Counted from the stretch's first letter, positions 30,881 to 42,245 are shown. The stretch: 64,000 bases of DNA from Chloropicon primus (GCA_023205875.1 CP060773.1:124001-188000); one strand, 5' to 3'. The notes: generated by a model from the letters alone, not told the origin. Program-made: numbers and translations.

Positions 30881-33800
30881 ATGCGCGTTGCGGCGATGGC
30901 GATGGCGACGGCGACGGTGGCGATGACATCGATTCCGTCGTCGACACGACGACGTTCTCGTCGTCCACGTATCTCCTTTCTCTTCTTCACAACTCTCATC
31001 TTCTTCCTGGGATCAAACACAAGTTGGTTTCCTCCTCCTCTGCAAAGTGTTCATGCCATGACGAGTTTGAGTTCAGGAGGGAAGTCAATGACGGTTACGT
31101 TGACGGTGCCGTGGACGAACGGAACGACGATCCTTCACGAAGCGGCGGAGCTCCTCGATGACTTTAGTCACGAAGAGGATGGCAACGAGGAACTCCATTG
31201 GAAGTTCCTTGAAGCTTGGCTTGTGCATGCAAGAGAGCAAGGAAAGGGGATGAAGATGAAGATGAAGAAGGAGGTGGACACGAGGAAGGAAGGAGAGGGA
31301 TGCTTTGATAGAGTGATCGGCGTTGGACGGGAGGTGCTGACGAAATCTCAAGTCAAGGTGAGTTGGAATGGAATGGAATGGAACAGAACGGAGGGATGGT
31401 GTGGACCGACGACGAGAAGGAAAAGCTTGAGCTTGTTCCCTTCCCTCCCTCTATTCATTGGGATACTGAACGATGTGTGTTTGTCTTGGACTGTGGTGAA
31501 TCTTTCCGAATTGTTTCCTTCCTTCTACAAGTTTCTACAAGCGGGGTTGCTGTCAAGAGAGGCGTCCCCCAAAGTGTCTATGTTCGAGCGGCTCGTCGAG
31601 CAGAGCACTCGAGCGAGTGAGCGAGCCGATCTGGGGTGCTGCTTCGTGCAGGTGGGAGCGGAAGTGTACGAAGACTGGAAAGAAATTGTGAGCCTTCTTG
31701 AATCAGATGAGGTGGGGGGCCTGCAAAAAGCCCACGACGAGAATCCTGGCCTCTTGGAGAGCCTGGTTGTGGATGAAGACCACGTATACGGCGGTACCCA
31801 AGAGTTCGATTCAGATGCGGTGACCGTCATCCTCAATGCCGCTTTGGGATCCTCTTGCCTCGGTGAGCTGCACCCTTTGCTGGCAAAGAGGGAAGGTTGG
31901 AATTACATCTGGAGGCCCGTGGTCACGCAGGCTTGCGCAGAGAAGGTGAGGTCCGAGGGGGACGACTACCTTGATGTCTGTGGAGCCCTCGGGGGAAATG
32001 ATCCTGTGAAGGTTGCAGGTTTCGGAGTCGAGTTGGCGATCAAGAACATGGAGTACAAGGCCGTGGATGATTCCAAGGTGGAACTCAGTGAGGCTGAACG
32101 AGACAGCGAGAACCAGGCGGCCAGCATTGGAGCGGTGAGAGGATTCCTTTTCGACACCCTGCTCTCCAGGTCAGATGGAAACGGGACCGTCGAGCAAGAG
32201 CTCTTGGAGTTCAAGAAGATCCTTGAGGAGAGGGAAAAGAAGGAATCCTCGTCGGGAGGAACGAAATTGAGAGCGTGGCACTTGGATTACATGGGTCTGC
32301 AGGCAGCGCAGAGGATATTGGACGCCAAGGATCCCCTCGGGGTGATGCAAGACATTTCTACGACTTTCCCTGCCCTTGCCGGGAGCTTGTCCAAGATGAT
32401 AGCCTCCCCAAAGCTCAAGACAGAGGTGAACAGGCTGCAGAAAGCGTATGGCACCGGCCTGCAAAAGCTGCCGGAGTTCTTCGTGAACGGTTTGAGGATC
32501 GACAAGGACTCTATCCATTTGCACCAGATGCTCAAGTTCTTTAGGTCCGAAATGAGCTTGACCAGCAACCTGGCAAGGGTGGCGAACATGACTTCCAAGG
32601 AGGCCTCCCTAATCATCACGAAGGTGAGACCGGGGCTGGCACAGGAAGGTTCCTCCATGGAGGAAGGGAAAAGCCTGGCAGACACTCTCAGAGAAGGCTT
32701 TGCACCGGTCAGCCGACTCTGCTCCACTGTCAGCCCGGAGAACGCCGCTGTTCATTGGATCAACGACATTGAGAAAGATCGCCGGTACGACAGGTTCCAT
32801 GACCACTTACAAGCCCTCTTCCCGGTGAATTACTTTGGGATGCAAATGGAGAGCGGGAACCTTGTTCCACAATACAGGAAGAACCTCTTCCATGTCGTAA
32901 CGTTTCTTGATGTCAGCAATCCGATGGTGGGGCCCGTCTGCGGGGCACTGAAGGAAATTTTGAAGACGAATGAGCCTGTGAGGATGGGCGTGGTCGCCTA
33001 CAGTGAAGACGACCTCGCACTGCCCCAAGACGCGGCGTTGACGGTGTCCCAGAAGGTCTCTCGCAGCTTTCACGTTCTGAGCAAAGCAGTTGGCGCAATG
33101 ACTGCGTGCGGAATGCTGAAGGATGTTCACAAGAAGATTCAAATGCCTTACGACGAAGCGGAGGCCGCGAAGGCCTTCGCCTCGGTCGCGAAAAAGTACG
33201 CCAAGAAACTGCGCAAGGACCCCGCCAGAGCGATGGAGAAAATAATCTCCTCGGATTCCCTGCCAGCCGGATCGAAGGAAGGCGCCGAGGCCGAGGCGGT
33301 CGAAATGTCCCTTGCAGCTTCCAAATATGCAGAGGAAGCTGGGGTGGCCAGCAAGGATGCCAACAAGAAAGGCATGGGAGTTGCAGTGACGGTGAATGGA
33401 ATCTTTGCTTTCGGTGCCACGGACCTTGCGATGGGCTTCGACTCCATGCTCTCGCTCGAGCAAGGGACCGCCATGAGAGATCCTGGACAGGTGTACAAGT
33501 ATCTCGAGGCATTCAGCGAGATCTTCATGAGGGATATCCAGGCACCGCTGAAGGAGGAAGTGAAAAGAGCGAGAGATCTGTACAGAACGAAAACCATCGG
33601 AATGAACGACAATGCATTGGACTCTTTGTTGAGCTGGGAGAACTGCCTGCCAAGGTACAACCTGCAGTTGGCAAAGGCGGTCTTGAGTGTCGTTGATTCC
33701 TCTTCCACAGGATCCCTGGAGGACGGCTACAGCCCCGTAGACTTTTCTGGGAAGGATGGGCAGACCCACGGGGCCTTGATCAGCCCGGCGCACACCTGGC

Positions 33801-36400
33801 TTGACGTCGGAGGCAAAGGGCGTGGCATTTCGAGTGGTTACATCGCTGTCCTAGGAGATGGTATCCCGGGGTGGATCACTTTTTGCTCCGCCGCGTCTCA
33901 CCTGGGGTCCAAGAGAGGCCAGTTGAAGGAAGAATTTGCTGCTTCCAACATCAATGCGGTCATTTCAATCGTGGCAAACCCTGGAGAAGCGGGACAGTCT
34001 CCCCTGCACTCTTTCGTGGACGCTGCCGTGTCCTCCCTCACTGCGGAAGAAGCGGTGAGCGTCTTCGAAAAAGCCTGCGAGGAAATCGGGGGCAGAGACG
34101 TCGGCGAAGAGAAGCTTTACGAGGATCTCGAGAGCGGAAATTTTTGGCCCACTCAGCTTAAGGGGAAATCCGCCAAGATCCAGGAAGAGATCGATTCTCG
34201 CAAGGGCAAGCCTGCTCCATCCTCGGTGTCCTCTGATTTGGGCATCAAGCCCGGCCAATCCGCTGTTGTATCCTCAAACATGGTCATCGAGGTGGACCAA
34301 GGGCGAAGCCAGGAGTCGCTGTCAAGGGATTTGCTCTTCATGGACGTTGTTTTCTCCCATGCTCTGCTGGGAGATGCCATGGCAGAGGCAATCCCACAAG
34401 CTGCCCCGCTGCCCATTTCTGCAGTGATGTCAGCTTCCTCGTTCCTTCTGCAGAGCTTGTCCAAGCAAACGAGGCTGCCCTTTGTGGCCGAGGATTACTA
34501 CACCGACTTTGTGACAGGCCTTGTCGACGAGATCACCTCCCAGTGCAAGAGGAGCTGCGTCAAGCTCGATTTCGGGGGCGCTGAAGACGGAGATGGTGGC
34601 CAAGGGAAGGGCGACGGACACGTTGACATCGTCCTGGTGATTGATCCTCTCTCCAAGTTCGCACAGAGGATCTCCCCCCTCCTTTCCTTCCTGAAGAACG
34701 CCTTCAGCGGAACCTTGACTCTGGTGATGTGGCCCAAGTTTGGCTTTGAGGACCTTCCTCTGAAGACGTACTACGCTTACGCCGTGCCACAGTGGCCTGC
34801 GGGAACCCCTGTTGCATGGCCCAGCCCGACCTCAGCGACGTTCTCATCTTTGCCAGCTACCACGACCCTCAGCACGCAGCTCGACACCCCCGAGGCTTGG
34901 CTGACAGGGGCAACCGCAGCTTCCTTAGACCTTGACAACCTCAAGCTCGAGGATTTGGGGCCGTCAGCTTCGACCTTGCACGCCGAGTTCGAAATCGAGA
35001 GCCTCATCGTCAGCGGTTCCTGCATCGACCAGACCGCCTTGAAGATGGGGTCGTACAGCGAGGCCTACCCCACCGGGGTGCGCCTCATGATGGGAGAGAG
35101 GGGAACGACGGCGTCCAGCAAGGACAAGGACCTTGTGGACACGATGGTGATGAAGAATTTGGGGTACTTTCAGCTCAAGGCCTCTCCCGGTACGTTTGAC
35201 CTTGGCCTGGTCCCTGGCTGCTCCAGCGACATGTTCAAGTTTGCGGGCGGCCTTTCCCAAAAATCGGTTACGGTCACCAGCTTCAATGGGATCCTGAACC
35301 TGGACCTCGAGGTCGAGAGGACGAGGCCCGGGAAGGCTGACGTGATGCAGTGCGAGAGCGAGATGGCTGCGGCGAAGAGGGGTGGGGACGAGACCGACGC
35401 CCCTGCCGCGCCGAGCACCTCGTCTTGGCTGTCCAAGCTTTGGTCGGGCAGCGGCAAACCCAAGGCGGGGGTGGAGGACAAGACCCTGAACATCTTCTCC
35501 GTGGCCTCAGGGCACTTGTACGAGCGGTTTTTGAGGATCATGATCCTCAGCGTCCTGAAAAACACCGAGTCCCCGGTCAAGTTCTGGTTCATCAAGAACT
35601 ACATGTCGCCCAAGCTGAAGAGGGTCTTGCCCCAGATGGCCGAGGCCTACGGCTTTGAGTACGAGCTGATCACCTACAAGTGGCCGAGCTGGGTGTTGCG
35701 GCAGACAGAGAAGCAGAGGATCATCTGGGCCTACAAGATTCTTTTCCTCGACGTGATCTTCCCGGTGAGCTTGGACCGCGTGATTTACGTGGACGCCGAC
35801 CAGGTCGTGAGGTCGGACCTCATGGAGTTGCAGAAGATGGACATCAAGAACAACGTGTACGCCTACACCCCTTTCTGCGACAACGAGAGGGAGATGGACG
35901 GCTTCCGGTTCTGGAAGCAGGGGTTCTGGAAGAACCACTTGAGGGGGAGGAACTACCACATCAGCGCGCTGTACCTCGTGGACCTGAAGCAGTTCCGGAT
36001 GAAGGGCGCGGGGGACCAGCTCAGGATTCTATATAACGGCTTGGCCCAGGACCCCAACAGCTTGGCCAACCTGGACCAGGACCTCCCGAACTACGCCCAG
36101 GACACCGTCCCGATCTTCTCCCTGCCCCAGGAGTGGCTGTACTGCGAGACTTGGTGCGGCAAGAAGACAAAGTCCAAGGCCAAGACGATCGACCTTTGCA
36201 ACAACCCGATGACCAAGGAGCCCAAGCTGATCGGCGCCAAGAGGATCGTCCCGGAGTGGACCTCCCTGGACGACGAGCAGCGAAAGTTCGTGGAGAGCCT
36301 CCCGGAGGCCGAGCCGAAGGGGCAAACCAAACCGCCCCCACCCAAGCAGCAGGAGCAGGAGCAGGGTGGGAGGGGTGCCTCCGCCAAGGACGAGCTCTGA
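30881..36400 (+). CDS. UGGT: UDP-glucose:glycoprotein glucosyltransferase; probable in-frame intron 31358-31531
   Basis: GFGVELAIKNMEYKAVDD, LDLDNLKL, DTMVMKNLGYFQLKASPG and the GT24 domain (NIFSVASGHLYERF, YKILFLDVIFP, VDADQ, NLDQDLPN); hydrophobic leader and C-terminal KDEL. Confidence 0.96.
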   Translation: MRVAAMAMATATVAMTSIPSSTRRRSRRPRISFLFFTTLIFFLGSNTSWFPPPLQSVHAMTSLSSGGKSMTVTLTVPWTNGTTILHEAAELLDDFSHEEDGNEELHWKFLEAWLVHAREQGKGMKMKMKKEVDTRKEGEGCFDRVIGVGREVLTKSQVKVSWNGMEWNRTEGWCGPTTRRKSLSLFPSLPLFIGILNDVCLSWTVVNLSELFPSFYKFLQAGLLSREASPKVSMFERLVEQSTRASERADLGCCFVQVGAEVYEDWKEIVSLLESDEVGGLQKAHDENPGLLESLVVDEDHVYGGTQEFDSDAVTVILNAALGSSCLGELHPLLAKREGWNYIWRPVVTQACAEKVRSEGDDYLDVCGALGGNDPVKVAGFGVELAIKNMEYKAVDDSKVELSEAERDSENQAASIGAVRGFLFDTLLSRSDGNGTVEQELLEFKKILEEREKKESSSGGTKLRAWHLDYMGLQAAQRILDAKDPLGVMQDISTTFPALAGSLSKMIASPKLKTEVNRLQKAYGTGLQKLPEFFVNGLRIDKDSIHLHQMLKFFRSEMSLTSNLARVANMTSKEASLIITKVRPGLAQEGSSMEEGKSLADTLREGFAPVSRLCSTVSPENAAVHWINDIEKDRRYDRFHDHLQALFPVNYFGMQMESGNLVPQYRKNLFHVVTFLDVSNPMVGPVCGALKEILKTNEPVRMGVVAYSEDDLALPQDAALTVSQKVSRSFHVLSKAVGAMTACGMLKDVHKKIQMPYDEAEAAKAFASVAKKYAKKLRKDPARAMEKIISSDSLPAGSKEGAEAEAVEMSLAASKYAEEAGVASKDANKKGMGVAVTVNGIFAFGATDLAMGFDSMLSLEQGTAMRDPGQVYKYLEAFSEIFMRDIQAPLKEEVKRARDLYRTKTIGMNDNALDSLLSWENCLPRYNLQLAKAVLSVVDSSSTGSLEDGYSPVDFSGKDGQTHGALISPAHTWLDVGGKGRGISSGYIAVLGDGIPGWITFCSAASHLGSKRGQLKEEFAASNINAVISIVANPGEAGQSPLHSFVDAAVSSLTAEEAVSVFEKACEEIGGRDVGEEKLYEDLESGNFWPTQLKGKSAKIQEEIDSRKGKPAPSSVSSDLGIKPGQSAVVSSNMVIEVDQGRSQESLSRDLLFMDVVFSHALLGDAMAEAIPQAAPLPISAVMSASSFLLQSLSKQTRLPFVAEDYYTDFVTGLVDEITSQCKRSCVKLDFGGAEDGDGGQGKGDGHVDIVLVIDPLSKFAQRISPLLSFLKNAFSGTLTLVMWPKFGFEDLPLKTYYAYAVPQWPAGTPVAWPSPTSATFSSLPATTTLSTQLDTPEAWLTGATAASLDLDNLKLEDLGPSASTLHAEFEIESLIVSGSCIDQTALKMGSYSEAYPTGVRLMMGERGTTASSKDKDLVDTMVMKNLGYFQLKASPGTFDLGLVPGCSSDMFKFAGGLSQKSVTVTSFNGILNLDLEVERTRPGKADVMQCESEMAAAKRGGDETDAPAAPSTSSWLSKLWSGSGKPKAGVEDKTLNIFSVASGHLYERFLRIMILSVLKNTESPVKFWFIKNYMSPKLKRVLPQMAEAYGFEYELITYKWPSWVLRQTEKQRIIWAYKILFLDVIFPVSLDRVIYVDADQVVRSDLMELQKMDIKNNVYAYTPFCDNEREMDGFRFWKQGFWKNHLRGRNYHISALYLVDLKQFRMKGAGDQLRILYNGLAQDPNSLANLDQDLPNYAQDTVPIFSLPQEWLYCETWCGKKTKSKAKTIDLCNNPMTKEPKLIGAKRIVPEWTSLDDEQRKFVESLPEAEPKGQTKPPPPKQQEQEQGGRGASAKDEL

Positions 36401-36653
36401 GGGATTGGAGGAGAGGAGAGGAGAGGAGGCGACCCTTGTTTAGTGGGTTGGTTGGTTGGTTGATGTGTGTATCATAGCGCGTAAAGGAATAAAATGAAAA
36501 TGAAAACGATGGATGGATTTGTATAACACTGGCTTAGCGTTTTTTCACGACAAGTGGAAAAACAGCCGGACCAACAACAAACAACAACAACAAGGCAGTG
36601 GGACGACCTGCCTTTCGGCCGTCCCTTTCTCCTGGCAGAGGGTAGGGACGGCC

Positions 36654-36699
<46 letters not shown>

Positions 36700-36751
36700 A
36701 GAAGAGGAGAGAAGGACAAGGGACTTGCTTTTCCCCAGGAAAGAAAAGTCT

Positions 36752-37075
36752 CATCACTCACCCTCATCATTACCCTCATCATCCTCTCTGTAGGGAACAA
36801 AAGTGAGCAAGTGAGGGCGCATTGGAAAGATGAAGAGACAATGCGTCCACCCTTAAATCCTCTTGTTGCCCTTTCCCGCTGTCCTCGTCTTGATCCCCTC
36901 CACCACCACCATCAACATCACTCACCCTCATCATTACCCTCATCATCCTCTCTGCAGGGAACAAAAGTGAGCAAGTGAGGGCTCATTGGAAAGATGAAGA
37001 GACAATGCGTCCACCCTTAAATCCTCTTGTTGCCCTTTCCCGCTGTCCTCGTCTTGATCCCCTCCATTACCACCA
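36752..37075 (+). repeat. Variant of the dispersed cassette, two tandem copies (164-bp period)
   Basis: aaaagtgagcaagtgagggc(g/t)cattggaaagatgaagagacaatgcgtcc repeated, with GAAAG at 36825 and 36989. Confidence 0.9.
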
Positions 37076-37422
37076 CCCCTCCCCACCCCTCCCTTCCCTC
37101 ACGAACCTCAAAATCATCGGGGTGAGCGTTACGGTCGAGAGAAGGACGATGATGGGGATGGTGGCCGGAGCGCATTCGCGGCGAAGGGCACGGCGGCCAA
37201 GGAGACAAAGCGGAAGGAGGTGAGGACTCGGATGAGCCTCAGGATGTTGTGCCCATCGAAATGCCGAGGCATCCGCTCTCGCTCCGTCGTTTTTTTTTCT
37301 TTCTTTTTACGGATGAACCTGACATGACACAGTTCCTAGCTTCCCTTCCCCTCTGCAGTGTTTCGTGTTCTTGCAGTCGAGAGAGAGAGAGAGGGAGAGA
37401 GAGAGAGCGGAGAGGATTGAAG

Positions 37423-39348
37423 ATGAGGCGAGCGACGGAGAGGAGCGTGATGGCCTCGTGCATTGCCGTCCTTTTGACCACGAGCGGCCTCTTCGGTGTT
37501 CTCGCGCATTCCACAAGCAATGAGACCGAAAAGGTGGAGTCGATAGAGAGAAAGCTGGTGAAGCAGTTGGGTTCCCTCGCGACGCAGATGGCCTCGGTGA
37601 ACGACATCCTGGGGAAGAATCCGGACCCGCTGCTTCTTGCATCGCACTTGCCGTTCTTGGAGGACGCTTGCATGAAAGACGGAGGCGAGGGCGAGGGCGA
37701 GGTTGGCGCGTCGGCGTCGTCCGCTGCCGGCGTCGAGAAGATGAGGACGGTCGGGAGAATGCTCGGCGAGTCCAAGGTTCAGGACGCCGCGGGCTACTGG
37801 GCGGAAGTCCTCAAGTCCGTGGACCCCATCAGGAGGTTCAAGCAGGACATCCAGAACCCGGACAACTACGTGACCAGCAAGTCGGGCAAAAGCTTCCAGG
37901 GCAGTTACGGCATCGAGTTCCCTGAGACCGGGAACGAGAAGCTGGACAAGTTCACAAAGTCCTTGAGCTGGAAGTTCCCCTACCAGCTTTGGTACCCGAC
38001 CAAGGACAACTTCCAGTTGAGCGACCCCTACTCGGCGTGGAAGCTGCTCATCAACCTCATCGACAGCGTGTACCTGAGGTGGTACGTGGACAACGCCAAG
38101 TGCGATTTCAAGCTCCCATCCGTCAAGCCCTTCCCCCAGCCCGCTGAGATCGAGTGCACGAGACCAAAGGTCAAGGTAAGCAACGAGAGCACGCACGCAA
38201 GGAGCTATGTTAGCGCGGCATCGCTGACTTTCTTCCCATCGATCTCCTTTCTCTTTGGATTGGATCCAAAGGTTTCCTACTGCTTGAAGTTCAAGCTGAA
38301 GACGCCTCTCCTTCAGCCGAGCGTGCCCTTGTGCATCCCAGAGGACGTGATGAGCACCCTCTTCAACCTCGGGTCCGTTCTCGGTGGGGTGGTTGAGGAC
38401 GGCATGAACCAAGTCTCGCCGTACTTCCTTCCGTTACTGAATGATTACATCCGCCTCGGCGGCACTCAGGAGCAGCTCTTCGAAGCCTTCGGGCTCTTGG
38501 CCGCTGACCCCGCCCTGAGCAGCATCACCGGGGATGGTAACGGAGGTGGATCTGACTCTGGCTCGGGGGGAGCGGTGGCCATCGCGGGCTTGCTTTCCAA
38601 CCCCGGCATCAAGGTGCTTCTCGACGGCGTGGACGTGGGAGAGCTCGTGCTCGGCGTTGGATTCAAGGGACTGTGGAGCACGTTGATCGACGCAAACTTG
38701 GCGCCTCCAGAGCTTCAACCCCTCCTGGAGGAGACGGGGCCATTCATCCCTTACATCATCTCCAACTACTATTCGTGCGGGGGAGAGACTGACCCGTTCT
38801 TCGACGCCATCAACGCCGTCTTGAAGAATCCTCTCGTCCAGTCGGTCCTGAACAACCCGGCGCTCATCGGGGGCGGGGGCTCGGGAGGGGGCTCGGGAGG
38901 GGGATCAGGGGGCATTCCTCCGCAACTCCAGGCACTCATCCCGACCTTGTACGCCAACGTGATCTCCAACAACCCCCCAATGTACAACTGGCTCGTAACG
39001 CTTCCAAACCAGTGCATCGTCGACCAGGGTTATATCCAACCTGTTGCGGTGATTGTGACCCAAGGCACCATGTTCGAGACGGTCGGAGAGCGGCTGCCAA
39101 AGCTCGTTGATGACTACTACAACGCTGGCTGCACGACCGAGCAGATCTTGGCCTTTGCTCCGGTCATGCTTGAGGCCTTCGGACTTCCCACGTCCGAGCA
39201 GACCAACGCGATCTTCCAGAAGACTGGCACGACCCCCAGCGGAGAGACTGTTGGCTTCACCACGCCATTCAACGGCGGTCCCTCCATCCTCCAGTGCCTG
39301 ACGCCCAACTTGGCAACCCTGACGACGGTCTTGGCCGTGGGCAAGTAG
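37423..39348 (+). CDS. Uncharacterised, probably secreted protein; probable in-frame intron 38176-38271
   Basis: Long ORF with strong GC3 codon bias, signal-peptide-like CIAVLLTTSGLFGVLA, Gly-rich linkers and several Cys. No family recognised. Confidence 0.7.
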   Translation: MRRATERSVMASCIAVLLTTSGLFGVLAHSTSNETEKVESIERKLVKQLGSLATQMASVNDILGKNPDPLLLASHLPFLEDACMKDGGEGEGEVGASASSAAGVEKMRTVGRMLGESKVQDAAGYWAEVLKSVDPIRRFKQDIQNPDNYVTSKSGKSFQGSYGIEFPETGNEKLDKFTKSLSWKFPYQLWYPTKDNFQLSDPYSAWKLLINLIDSVYLRWYVDNAKCDFKLPSVKPFPQPAEIECTRPKVKVSNESTHARSYVSAASLTFFPSISFLFGLDPKVSYCLKFKLKTPLLQPSVPLCIPEDVMSTLFNLGSVLGGVVEDGMNQVSPYFLPLLNDYIRLGGTQEQLFEAFGLLAADPALSSITGDGNGGGSDSGSGGAVAIAGLLSNPGIKVLLDGVDVGELVLGVGFKGLWSTLIDANLAPPELQPLLEETGPFIPYIISNYYSCGGETDPFFDAINAVLKNPLVQSVLNNPALIGGGGSGGGSGGGSGGIPPQLQALIPTLYANVISNNPPMYNWLVTLPNQCIVDQGYIQPVAVIVTQGTMFETVGERLPKLVDDYYNAGCTTEQILAFAPVMLEAFGLPTSEQTNAIFQKTGTTPSGETVGFTTPFNGGPSILQCLTPNLATLTTVLAVGK

Positions 39349-39604
39349 AAGAGTAACCGACGGCGGTTAGTAAAAAAAAATGTGATGATGAAGATCATTG
39401 CGGGATCACGTGAATCCAGTTCTTATTTATTATATGGTATGGTTACAAGCAGCAGGTACTTGTGCTCTTTTGTGTCTTGCGACGTGTGGTCCTCCACACC
39501 ACACGTCTTTGCGTCATGTGTTTTTGTTTTCGTAATGTTACAAAGAGAGCCCTCTTCTCTTGCACCAAGGCAGCGGCGAGGGCCGTGCAGCTCGAAGAGA
39601 GTCG

Positions 39605-40762
39605 TCAGATGGCGTGGTCCTTGCTCTGCTTCTTGATGGTAAAGCAATTGATGTCAAGAATCTTGCAGCAGTCGTTGACCAGGGAGTACGCCATGTGGGA
39701 GTAGGCCAAGACGCTGACGACAAAGAGCTCCTCGATGATCAACTTCTCGTCGAGGCCATCGTAGTTCTTCTGCAGCATGCTGTAGCACACGTGCGCGGCC
39801 ATGAAGAAGATCGGGATGATGGACCTCCTCCACGGGTGGTACTCCTCGTCACACATGTGGGCGACAATCAAAAGCATCACCAGCTTGGCGAACGCCAGTC
39901 CGAGCGTCCACACCACGAGTCTCGGGTGGAGTTCCATGATGTTCTTCTTGCTGAGGGACAGCCACAGGAACGCCAGGGAGTTGAGGGCAACGAAAGGCAG
40001 GATCTTCGACAACGCCCTGGCGAAAGAGACCTTCATGACTTTCCTTCTGTAAGGGCTCTTGAATACCTTGGTCACGTTACCCAGCACAGTGGCCCAGGAT
40101 CCCAAGAGGAGGCCGTACACGAATATCGAGTTGTTCTGGACGCCTGGGATGAGGCTGTCCTTGTTCCAGATTCCGACGCCCTTCCATGCAGTGAGGAGCT
40201 CGAGCGCGGTGAAGATGAGGATGCCCTCCGAGGGCCCGTTGATGGGAGGCAGATCGAACTCGTTGGTGTAGTACTCCTCCCAGCTGGCCATGTAAAAGCC
40301 GGTGGCGCCCGCGATCCAAAAGCACAGCGTCTTCCACGTCTCGCCAAACTGGAAGACCGCCGAAAGGGACAGCCCGCCTACCGTGACGACTAGGGCATCG
40401 ATTCCGTGGTCGAACAACAGACCCAAAGGCGAGGACGTTCCTGTGCGCCTGGCTTGCTTTCCGTCGAGGTTATCGAGCGTCTGATACACGAGACAGGCCA
40501 TCGCTTGAAGCACGCAAACCCACGATGGGATTTCCCCCTTCAAATCCGGTGCGTAGCTCACAACAACGCAGTGAGCGCCGAGCATGACAAGCAAACCGAT
40601 CAACGTGATCAGGTTGGGCGCAACCCACTTGGGTATGTACGTGCAGAGCACGTCGCATGCCGGCGAAGATATGTGCTTGTAAAATATTGACCGGTCCGTT
40701 CCCTTGTACTGGTACTTGGGCAGCTTCTTCCTCCCTTCGGCAGTGATGTACGACACCCCCAT
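39605..40762 (-). CDS. AAPT1: Aminoalcohol (choline/ethanolamine) phosphotransferase
   Basis: CDP-alcohol phosphotransferase motif DNLDGKQARRTGTSSPLGLLFDHGID; YKGTDRS; WVAPNLITL; multiple TM helices. Confidence 0.93.
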   Translation of the reverse strand: MGVSYITAEGRKKLPKYQYKGTDRSIFYKHISSPACDVLCTYIPKWVAPNLITLIGLLVMLGAHCVVVSYAPDLKGEIPSWVCVLQAMACLVYQTLDNLDGKQARRTGTSSPLGLLFDHGIDALVVTVGGLSLSAVFQFGETWKTLCFWIAGATGFYMASWEEYYTNEFDLPPINGPSEGILIFTALELLTAWKGVGIWNKDSLIPGVQNNSIFVYGLLLGSWATVLGNVTKVFKSPYRRKVMKVSFARALSKILPFVALNSLAFLWLSLSKKNIMELHPRLVVWTLGLAFAKLVMLLIVAHMCDEEYHPWRRSIIPIFFMAAHVCYSMLQKNYDGLDEKLIIEELFVVSVLAYSHMAYSLVNDCCKILDINCFTIKKQSKDHAI

Positions 40763-41904
40763 GGCGACCGATGGACCAATACGAATCAACCAACCAATCA
40801 ATCAATCAATCACGAACGAACGAACGAACGAACGAACGAACGAACGAGTGAATGAAATGCCTCCACTGCATGGAATGATGATCAAAGATGAAGATGAAGA
40901 TGAAAGGGATTCAGTTGTCCAATCCTCGTCAATTGGTTCGTCCGAGTGGTCGATGGAAAGAGGAGAGGACAAGGAACTCAGAAATAGTGTTAAGAATTGT
41001 CGAAGAGGTACGATGCTCACCTCTTTATGTCGTGTTTCACGTCGTGTCGTGTCGTGTGATTCAAAACAAAGAAAAGGGAATTCAGTTCTAAAGTCCTCGT
41101 CCTTGGGTCATTTTCGTCGCCAGAGGTGTCGAGAGAAAGGGAAGAGGACGAGTGATGCAGTCATTAAGTCGACGAGGGCGAACCTGATCCCCGTCGCGAG
41201 GTAACCTTGTCCTTTCGAACAGGATCAAACGAGAGAGTCTCACAACGGAGAAGCCCAAAAGCATGGTCCGAGGGTCGTATCATCCTCATCCGTGGGTCAT
41301 ACGTTACGATCGAGGAGTCGACTGAAAGGTCTTGAAACGAAGCTTTGATCTTTTGTGTTTCGGTTCTCTCGTTCGTCATGAATCGTTGTGTAACATGATC
41401 GAGAAACTCACCTCTCTCTCTCTCGAAGGTCTTTGCGCTTTTGAGCGCCAAGAGATTTCAAAACGAGAGGCGCTTTCGTACACTCAAAACACAAATCCTC
41501 GTACACTCACAAAACGACGCGAAGAGAAGAGAAGAGAAGAGAAGAGAAGAGGGAGAGATTCTCTTGTTCTTCTTTGTTCTTCGTGGGTTCTTCTTCTTCT
41601 CCTCTGACGAGGACGAGGACGAGGAGAAGGAGGAGAGGAGGAGACGAGGACGAGGAGCTTGCAAAGTCAAAGCAATGGTTTCCTTTCAAGCTCTCAAGCT
41701 CAAGCCTTCTCTCCTTGTCCTTCTCCTTGTCAGGAGGAGGAGGAGGAGGAGACCGTTCAACGTTCACAGGGGGTTTGGCGGCGACGTTCAACGGATAGAT
41801 GACTACGGGAGAGTGGTAAACACGTTAACATGAACACACCTTTGTCAAAAGCAAAACGAAAACTTTCCCTCCAAAAACAACAACAACGTGGAAACCCAAA
41901 AGAT

Positions 41905-42245
41905 CGATCGTGTAGAAATCCCTTACGATCACTTGGTCCCAAAATTCAAAAACATGTTTTCATTCATGGCAGCACCACAGTAGTAACTCCATGCTAACAA
42001 GGGTTTGCTCGATTTCCACCGATCGTGTAGGAATCCCTTACGATCACTTGGTCCCAAAATTCAAAAACATGTTTTCATTCATGGCAGCACCACAGTAGTA
42101 ACTCCATGCTAACAAGGGTTTGCTCGATTTCCACCGATCGTGTAGGAATCCCTTACGATCGTTTGGTCCCAAAATTCAAAACTCGTTTTTTCAAATATTC
42201 TTGGCAGCACCACAGTAGTGATTCCATGTTACTGTGGTTTTCGAT
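41905..42245. repeat. 115-bp tandem repeat (3 copies, third diverged) upstream of alpha-tubulin
   Basis: cgatcgtgtag(a/g)aatcccttacgatc starts at 41905, 42020 and 42135. Confidence 0.92.

Noticed and set aside
41905..42245. 5S rRNA or U5 snRNA array suggested by the ~115-bp unit length
   Set aside because: No recognisable 5S internal promoter boxes or U5 loop I sequence.
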